This document shows positions 34,968 through 43,621 of a stretch of DNA of 43,621 bases, piece by piece; positions within the stretch are counted from its first letter, which is position 1, and each line of letters starts with the position of its first letter. The notes under the pieces were generated by a model. The model did no database searches. It worked only from the letters and a program-made list of their open reading frames with translations, and was not told where the DNA came from. Made by a program: the position numbers and the translations under genes. Origin of the DNA: Nemertoderma westbladi (taxonomy: Eukaryota; Animalia; Xenacoelomorpha); the NCBI GenBank assembly GCA_032718475.1, contig JAUCBJ010008843.1, positions 1 through 43,621 of the forward strand, written 5' to 3'.

Positions 34968-35318
34968 GTGAGTTACTATTATTTGTATTATAAACATCGT
35001 CTAGTCCGAATTGCCCCCAAACTGGTCAGAGTAATTGTTTATTTATAGTGACATTTATGATAGTTCTGAATTTAGTTTTTGTTTTTTAGGGTTTTTATCT
35101 GGTTTAATTAAATTCAATCTAGCCTGAAGCCTTTCTTACCAAATAACAAATATAATATACGAAGCCTATTTCCCAAACTCGCCGAATTGCAAACAAAACT
35201 CCAGAATAGAGACATCCCCTTTTTAGCTTTGTCAGAGAAATAGCTGGACTCTATTATCCAGAGGAAGAAATACAAATACAAGGGAATTCATTCTGCGTCG
35301 CACAAGTTATTGCGATTA

Positions 35319-35605
35319 CTCAGGAGTCCCGAATAGACGGGGCGACACGGTTATTATTTTTTGAAAAAAAAATCCACCCACAATTCTCTTATTCCAGACA
35401 CCCCGACTATTAAGTTTTTCTAAAAAAATTTAGTACATTTTTTATTATGAGTAAATAAACGTTTATTCTCATAATAATTGAGATTTGAAAGTGAAAGAAA
35501 ACAAAACCGAGTGCCGTAGATACTACTGTACCTGTACGCCTATACTGTATGTTAAGTAAGTAGGCCTAAATTTTCCACCCACCCCGTCTATTCGGGACTC
35601 CAGAG
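35319..35605. mobile_element. TA-flanked MITE in the intron, copy B
   Basis: CTCAGGAGTCCCGAATAGACGGGG ... CCCCGTCTATTCGGGACTCCAGAG. Confidence 0.8.
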
Positions 35606-35986
35606 TACATATCTGAATCGTTGTCTTATAAATAGGTCCTAACTATTGCGTCTATCACTTAAAATATTCCGTTTTTCCGAGGCACTCCATAATCACATTA
35701 ATCAGTGCTGCAATATTTTCTAAGACCCCTTTACAGGTTATAATATTTCAGTCAGTATCAGTAATTAATGCTGCTTATTTTATATTTTATGTTTTTTAGT
35801 AATTAAAGTATCAAACCTCACACGTATTAATTTACAATGTCGAATCGAAAATCGTATTTATTTACATATATGAATTTAAAACTACAGTAATTAGCAAGTT
35901 CTATTGACTAATTATTGCATTAATTACTTCAATTATTCTCGTTTCCAATATTCTACATTTGTAATCTACTCCATTATTTTCTATAG

Positions 35987-36564
35987 GCGGCCAATCACAA
36001 CCATCCCCTGATGATTCAGACATGCTCACTTCCGACGATGACGTAACACCCGGAAGTATGAATAATCCCTTCGACCAACCTGGTCCCTCTGGGATTCAAC
36101 CCCAGGATATTGTGAAAAGGAGCCGCTCCAATGAGAAGCCGTTCAGCTGTGATACTTGTGATAAAGCATTCGCAAGGAACAGCCACTTAATTGACCACCA
36201 ACGGATTCACACCGGCGAACGTCCTTACCAATGCGGCATCTGTAACAAACGATTCTCTCACCTAGGCAACCTAACCAATCACAAGAGGACGCATTCCGGA
36301 GAGCGTCCGTTCGTGTGCGACACGTGCGGGAAGGGATTTACGGAGAGCGGCAGTTTAACGTCCCACAAAAGAATTCACACGAAAGATCGACCGTACGTGT
36401 GCGACACGTGTGGGAAGGGATTTACGCAGAGCAGCCATCTAAAAACTCACAAGAGATTACATACAGGTGAACGACCGTTTAGCTGCGATACATGCGGGAA
36501 ATGTTTCACCCAACGACATCAAGTAAAGCACCACAAATGTATCCACAGTGGGGAGACTCGGTAA
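35987..36564 (+). CDS. C2H2 zinc-finger protein B, exon 2 (5 fingers); spliced product 523 aa
   Basis: Acceptor ttttctatAG|GC, in frame with ORF 36022-36564. AATAAA at 36708. Confidence 0.92.
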
Positions 36565-37773
36565 CTGTAATGTTTGTAAGAAACGTTTCTCAACTTCCAT
36601 GTATATTGGTAGACACTATTGCTCCCTGGTTGCAGTTTAAACTAGTAAACTATATATGACGTTAGTTGTAGATTGAACTGCTACGTGCGCCTTTTGTTAT
36701 AATGATTAATAAAGGTTGTCTAGGGACTGGCCTAGCGGCCCGATAAGGAGCCGATATTGTATTTCATAAAAACTGTCAATTGGTTGCGGTTACCAAGTTA
36801 CAAATCTGAGTTTCTGGTTATAAATCTGTGTTTCTGGTTACAAATCTGAGATTCCTGTAACAATTTAGTGTTCTTGGTTACAAATCGAAGCACCTTGGTA
36901 CGAATCTGTTCTCACAATTATGATAATGATCAATGAAATGAAATGAAATTAGAGTACCTTGTTACAAATCTTAGTTTATGGTTGTGAATCTGAGTTTCTG
37001 GTTTCGAATCTGAGTTACCATTAATGAATCTGAGAACCTGGTTACGAATTGGAGTTCCCAGTTACGAATCTCGGTACCTGGTGACAAATCTGTGTTCCCA
37101 CATAAAATCAGTGTTTCGTTACCAAGATGAGCACCCAGTTCCCGGTTTTAAATCTGAGTTCCAGGTAATAAATTCAACTGCCCAGTTACAAATCTAAGTT
37201 GTCAGAAACAAACCAAAGAACCCAGTAACAAATGCCATGAGAATATCAAAATATCCAGTAACGAATTCAAGTACTCAATTACAAATCTGAGTGTCAGTTA
37301 CCTTTTTATCAGCCAGCACTACCCATACTAATACTGTAATTTGCACATGTTGAGCATTTATTTTATAAAAAAATTTGCAACATGATAGTAAACAAAGTTA
37401 ACAAACAATGAAAATATGTTCCTAATAATTATTTAATTAGTTAGGCCAACATATATCCTGTCTAAATCAAAATAATAATACCGAAATAAACCGTGATGCA
37501 TTTTACTCCACCGTCAATTAATTTAAACAATGAAAAGGAACAAGACAATCTTTTTTAATCTTCTTCTATAATATTTAACGTCCACATCCGCTGTACAACG
37601 AATAGGTCATTAAATTACTTTATTAGAATAAACCAAATTAAATATAAAGTTTAAAATTGAAAAAAAAATCATTCGACGGCATAAAATTAATGTTTCAACC
37701 AAAATCACGATTGTATAACATCCCGCATAGCAGCATAACATATTCTATTCAATCATAACATAATCAATAACTA

Positions 37774-38095
37774 TGGGGCGAGCCACGAAGTGAATGAACC
37801 TTACAGTTTAGAATGGACAAATTGACATTGTCCCTCTCTCTGCCTGGATCAAATTTCGATCGTCAATATCTCATTAACAGCTCGTGGAAATTTGTTGAAA
37901 TGCATTAGGTTTGTAGTGTGTAGTTAGTGTAACGGGATCAGGCATTTCGGGATTTCCACTCCCGGGATCCCGAATTTGGGAATCGGGATAATTTCGAACT
38001 AAATTTTAATTAATTAGATATATGAATATGAAACGGGTTTTGGGTAATGTAGGGATACCATCCAGCCCGGACTCATAACTACGTGGCTCGCCCCA
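37774..38095. mobile_element. Short element with 14-bp inverted ends, sharing its head with the Helentron/DINE-like family
   Basis: TGGGGCGAGCCACG ... CGTGGCTCGCCCCA. Confidence 0.7.
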
Positions 38096-38313
38096 ATATG
38101 GGAGTCCTTGTGTATACACCAATATACTTTCAGTATCACGGGGCAGACAACAGTCAGACAGTTTGGGACACTGTAGGTTGTACGTTGTGTACTGTACCGC
38201 AGTACAGTGCCGCCTAGCTAACAGCAACACCGCTTACCGTTATAATAACAATTTACAAATACAATATGATTGCAGCCCGTTAGTTGTATTTTCCGACTCA
38301 TCATATTACCTCA

Positions 38314-41300
38314 TGGCGCAGTGTGTAGGATACTGCTACTGAGTTCAGCAGTTGAACCGCGGGAAGTTTCCCCATCCACCGGTACCACGCGACCTAGCTT
38401 CTATGCTGCTACTACGAGTAAGCCTACTGCCTACTGCTACTACCGCACAGCACGATGTCCACACGTGGTCAAACACATCGCCTATACGATACTGGTACAC
38501 TTTCCGACAACGAGAAATCGGGAAGCACAGAACCCGCTATCCAGAGCGACCTGGAATAAGTCCGCCTCCAGATGAAGCAGCAGCGTGCGGAAGCTGCTCA
38601 ACGCGAGGCCGCTGCTGATGCCCGGGTAATGCAACTAACTCAGCTCCTTCTTTAATCAGCAGGACGCCGCATTGCAAAAACGGGCTGCTGTGGATGTGCA
38701 GATTACGCTGCTACTCGCTGCACTCCAGGTGGGTGGGCGTGGCCTATCCCGGTGGTACAGCTCCAGTGCCCCACGCCGAGGGACCGGTTTCCGTTCCGCA
38801 ATCACATTGCCGCGTTATCGACCTTCAAGGACTGGAGAAGATAGACGGCAACATCGAGTTTACCTCGTTCCATCGGTGGTGCCAGGCCTTGCGGGTGCAC
38901 GCGCACCCCGCCAGCAGGCATCAACCTTCCCACGCGACAAGCAGGTATACGCGCTTGTTTCTGCACTCGTCCGGGACATACAGCAGACTCTCACAGTCAC
39001 TCTTGCTGTCGACATCAACCACGCCGACACCACGACTGAGTTCATCCTCGACGCCTTATAGATGCACCTCTGGTCTAAGTGCCGCATTGCCATCGACGGA
39101 ATTAAATTTCATGACCGGAGGCAGGGCCCGAACGAATCGTTCGATTCGTTCTGGATTGCCCTCCAGGAACTCGCCGACGACGCTGAACTCTGCGTTCACT
39201 GCCGGAACCGGCAGATCGTGACCCAGATCCTCATTGGAATCCGGTCTTCCGAGACACGAACTGAGCTGCTGAAGGTCCTCCCCCAACCAACTCTCGAAGA
39301 CTGCGTTCGCATCTGCCAGTCTCTCGAGGCGAGCGAGCGCAATGACACGATCATCGGCCGTGGTAAGCTGATCGCCAAGGTGACATCTGCCTACAAACGC
39401 GGACGGGGCCCTATCCAGCAGCCATTCATATCGCGATCTTCCAGTGCTGCGGGTGCACCTGCTGTAGAAGGAAGCACCCTACGGGGAGAGCGAACCGACC
39501 AGCTAAGGACCCACAGTGCAAACAATTCGGCAGGGTCGGCCACTTCAAGGGGAGCTGCCGATCTGGGCCCGACCCCGGAGGTAAACCCAAGACTAAGGAG
39601 CCATCTGGGGTCAACACGATTACAGGAGGCGGAGCGACAATAAACTCAATCAGCTTCGCGTGCGTTCTCCCCCGGATAACGGTCAACGTCTTTCGGCCTC
39701 AACAACGACGAGGTGCACGGAAAGATCCGCAACGTCCTCGCCGACAGTGGCGCGGCAGCCACCGTCCTGAGCCAGGACATTTACAGCCGGATGGGCGGCA
39801 GCACCCGGGATCTCATACAGCATCCCTCTGCGGTCACCTCCTACTCGAAATCGTGAGACTCTTTCCAGCCAGAGTCGACTATGGTGGACATTCGGCAACG
39901 ATGAACATCGGGATCTCGCCTAAAGTCGACGGGTTGATCCTCTCCTTCCAGGCAATCATCGACTTGAAACTCATCCGCCCCGACTTCCCTCAACCCATTG
40001 CCTCGGTAACGTAACAGTGGTGAAGGCATCAATGGCGCTCCCTCAGATCCGCACGAATCTGCTCCGCGAGATCGCCAATGTTTTCGACGACTCCAACAAA
40101 CCGCTCGGCATGACATTCCACGCCAACGGCGCACGACCGATCCCCTTCGCCTTGCGAGACGAGGTCCAGGCACAACTCTGCAAAATGGAACAGCACGGAG
40201 TAATCGAGCGGGTCACTGAACCCACGGACTGGGCCCACCCGCTCACTGTCGCACGCAACCCAACGGGAAACTCCGGGTTTGCGTGGACCTCCGCCACCTA
40301 AACAACCAAGTGAAGCGGCCATACTACCCCACCCCAAGCCCGCAGGTGGCAGTAACAGGGATTTCAACCACAGTGCAGATCTTCTCTGTGTTTGATGCGG
40401 CCTCCGGCTATTGGCAGGTCCCCCTTGAGTCGACATCCAAACTCCTCACCACATTTGTCACCCCATGGGGGCGTTCCAAATATATGGGGAGTGTGATGGG
40501 ACTCGTTTCAAGCGGGGACGAGTTCAATCGCCGTGGCGACGATGCGCTGCGAGGCCTTCCAGACATGGTAAAAGTCATCGATGATGTGTTGCTATACAGT
40601 GACAGCCTCGACAACCACATTGCCAGTGTCCGGAAGTTCCTCCAGCGCTCCCGCGAAGCCGGCATCTCACTCAACTCTGACAAGATCCAGTTCACCCAAT
40701 GCGAAGTCAAGTTCGTGGCTTATGTCATCGGGGCCGACGGAATCCGGGCAAACCCGGCCAAGGTAAGAGCCATCGCGGGTTTCCCTCGACCGACCAATAT
40801 CACCAACTTGCAGAGTTTTGTCGGGTTGGTCGAGCAACTCACCCCGTTTTCAATGGACATTTCCTCCACGATGCCCCCTCTCCGACCCCTCCTCCGGTCC
40901 CACAACACATACCATTGGAACTCAGACCACGAGGAGGCATTCTCAGCGACAAAACGCACCCTAGTCTCCCCACCCATCCTCGCTCCCTTCGAGCCGGAAC
41001 TCGATACGACGCTCGAGACTGATGCCTCCCGGAAGAATGGGTTGGGGTACACGCTCCTCCAGCGGCACGGAACCGACTGGAGGCTCATCGAGTGTGGCTC
41101 CCGTTTTATAACAGATACGGAGTCGCGCTACGCGATGGTGGAGCTCGAGTTGCTCGCCATCGCCTGGGCCACCCACAAATGCTGCCAATATACCTTGGGG
41201 GCCTCCCTCACTTCAAACTTGTGGTGGACCACCAGCCGCTGTTGTCGATCCTGGACCCCAGACTATCGACACCACAGACAACACGAGGATCCAGCGGTTG

Positions 41301-42170
41301 AAATTCAAACTGTCGTCATATGTATTTACAACCGTATGGAGGAAGGGGAAGGAACACCGCATCCTCAACACGTTGTCCCGATCCCCAGTGGACGACCCGA
41401 CCTCTGATGATCTCGTCGATGACGGGGACATGGGCCACTATCTACACGCTGTGACGTCACAGGCGGCCGACATCATACTGGAGAACTCCGACTCGGCGGA
41501 AGACAACCCCAACCTCCTCCTCCGCACATTGGAAACGACGGCACGGAGTGACCCCGACTACATCACCCTCCTCGACACCATTCAGGCTGGGTTCCCGCCA
41601 CGAGTCCAACCCTACTGGTCCATCTGGGACGAACTCTCAGCCGACCACGACCTGGTGCTGTATGGACTGCGAATCGTGTTCCCGCGGGCTGCACAATGGG
41701 AAACACTGGCTCGCCTCCACGCCGCCCACCAGGGAGTCGAAAAGACTCGGCGGCATGCCCGCCAGACAGTCTACTGGCCCAGGCTAACTAACGACATCCG
41801 GACTATTGTCGCCTCATGCGAGCCGTGCATAACATGCCGGGCCAGCCTCGCCAAGAAGCCACTCCTACATGACTGGGGAGTCAAGCCTATCACATCCTCC
41901 CCAGTTTACCCACAGAATAACGGCCTTGCGGAGTCCACTGTCAAGGCGACTAAGGCATTACTAACTAAGACAGGGGGGAAACTGGACTCATCATTCTAGG
42001 AGGGACTCCTGGAACTTCGCAACTTCCCCCTCGCCCGCGGAAAGTCGCCGGCTGAGATCCTGTTCGGTCACCCGGTACACACTCGGGTGCCTACATACAA
42101 ATAGCCGGGCTTTCCTCGCCGACCACCAGACGACCCGCACGGAGCTCGACCAGGCAGTGCCCTCGCTCCT
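38314..42170 (+). mobile_element. pol: Degenerate Ty3/Gypsy LTR retrotransposon internal region (gag, PR, RT, RNase H, partial IN)
   Basis: PBS-like TGGCGCAG at 38314, Gag (RRQGPNESFDSF..L..LADD), protease ADSGA at ~39740, RT ([20 protein letters not shown]), RNase H ([15 protein letters not shown]), IN zinc domain (LHAAHQG...CEPC) with the core deleted up to PQNNGLAE. Many frameshifts. Confidence 0.93.
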
Positions 42171-42627
42171 AAAAATATATGTATATATTCCTTGTAGCCA
42201 AAACGTTTTTTTTTACAGAAAAAAATATATGCACATATATAGCAACTATACAAGTTTCCAAAACGCCTAACAAGAAAAAAATTAATATTGACGAAAAAAA
42301 TATTGGAACCTACTGTAAGTGACTACTACTAAAATGTAGTAGTCACTTAATACTGAAGACTGGAATTACGGGGAGATACACCATTTAGATCCAAAATATT
42401 TTGAAATTAGTTTTATGATCGAGTATAATGCACAATTAATTGGTGTTTCCCAATCTAAAACAAATATTTAATAGCTCTTTTATTTTTCACGTTATAACAA
42501 TTTCCAATTAGGTACAGTATTTTAATGCCTACAATGCCAAAATTGTAAATTAAGTGAAAATTTTTACTGAAATTATTAAAATGTTGATTGATTGATGTAC
42601 GGAGACAGGGGGGGGGGGGGGGGGGGG

Positions 42628-42823
42628 GACTGGACGCAAATTCCATATTGGCGAATTAATATCCCCCTCAATGTTAAAATTGCAATTTAGGGAAAGGAGC
42701 AGGTTACAGTGGCACGTTATTTTAACCAAAACAATAAGCCATATACAATAAAACAGGTTACAATTTTATTTTTGAGAGTTATCAGCTTTTATTAGCGACG
42801 AATTAACTGATATTGCGTCCAGT
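42628..42823. mobile_element. MITE family A copy inside the Gypsy 3' region
   Basis: Poly-G plus gactggacgcaa ... ttgcgtccagt; the body matches 15918-16133. Confidence 0.8.
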
Positions 42824-42829
42824 TCCTCC

Positions 42830-43095
42830 AGATACAATCGTGGCGCTCGACCCCTGCCCCGCTTAGCGGTAAGGGCACCTGTGCGACGTTCAGAACCCCA
42901 CATCGAAACGTTGGGACCGCACCGGGGTCATTGCGGAATCAAATCCCAACCGGAAGTACAGCGTTCGGACGCCTTCCGGTCAGTGCCTCACCCGCAACCG
43001 CCGCCACCTCATCCAGGACGCGGCCACTGGCATCCACCTCGGCTACAGCGCCGCCACGCCCCGTCCAATGCCACAGAAGGGCGTTCACTGGGCTG
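42830..43095 (+). mobile_element. Gypsy integrase C-terminal fragment (continuation of the element at 38314-42170)
   Basis: YNRGARPLP...QNPTSKRWDRTGVI...RKYSVRTPSGQCLTRNRRHL. Confidence 0.75.
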
Positions 43096-43097
43096 AC

Positions 43098-43621
43098 TGT
43101 AAAAGCTTTTGTGGGATAACTGATACGTTTGCCTTTGCTGGCCAGTTCTCCCCCAGGCGCTGGAATACTCTAAAAAGGTTTTCTAACTGTATATATATTC
43201 CCCTCGCCCGCAAGGTACCTTTACAGGTGTTTTAACGGACATAAAAATCATTCTGCTATATACGTGTTTTGGCGGACATGGTAAGGCAAAAAACTTGTAA
43301 TGCACCAACTACCTTTCACAGCTTAGCCGTGATGATTCATATTACGACATCTAGCAGCTGGTTGCTGACATGGAAACAGCCATTGGACGCGTGGTTCTTT
43401 GTTTGGCTTGGGCCAATCAGGGCGGTTTTTCCTGTCGACGTGTAGCTTTTAGTCGATCATAAGGAGAGTGTTCTGTCTTACTGTTTTTAGAGTTGTTACT
43501 TTGTTGTTATTGCTGTCTAAGCCAGAAACACCGGCATTTTTGGATAGATACTGCTGTACCGTAAACTGCTTGAATTATCGAAAGTATAAACTGTTACCGA
43601 ATCGAATATCACCTAACTCAT
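43098..43621 (+). repeat. Probable start of a second, diverged Bel/Pao-type LTR
   Basis: Begins TGTAAAAGCTTTTG, identical to the first 14 nt of the LTR at 28646 read on the minus strand, and abruptly ends the GC-rich Gypsy sequence. Confidence 0.45.

Larger units (their letters stand above)
30580..37156. repeat. Segmental duplication, copy B
   Basis: Near-identical to 1-8637 apart from indels. Confidence 0.97.

Noticed and set aside
30580-37156. Copy B as a pure assembly duplicate of copy A
   Set aside because: The copies differ by TE insertions, a finger indel and many substitutions. Tandemly assembled divergent haplotypes cannot be fully excluded without read data.

Overview
AT-rich, repeat-dense eukaryotic (probably invertebrate animal) genomic DNA, with no prokaryotic genes, rRNA or CRISPR array. 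Two recent copies of a ~6.6-8.6 kb block (1-~8637 and 30580-~37156) each carry a two-exon C2H2 zinc-finger gene (553 aa and 523 aa after in-frame GT-AG splicing). The paralogs are nearly identical except at the DNA-contacting finger residues and one lost finger. Their N-terminus carries a short helical motif resembling the PDE5/6/10/11 N-terminal segment, plus PxVxL and SUMO-type motifs, which suggests an undescribed, fast-evolving repressor ZNF family. Between and after the copies are nested transposons: RTE, L1/Tx1-like and CR1/L2-like LINE fragments, several MITEs (one piggyBac-type), Helentron/DINE-like elements, a 157-bp palindromic satellite, a degenerate Gypsy element and probable Polinton/Maverick debris. 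There is also a Bel/Pao element with an intact 1462-aa Gag-protease ORF that lacks RT and integrase. It ends a 14.5-kb block bracketed by a perfect 207-bp direct repeat. All homology calls come from motif recognition by eye and from memory, not from database searches.
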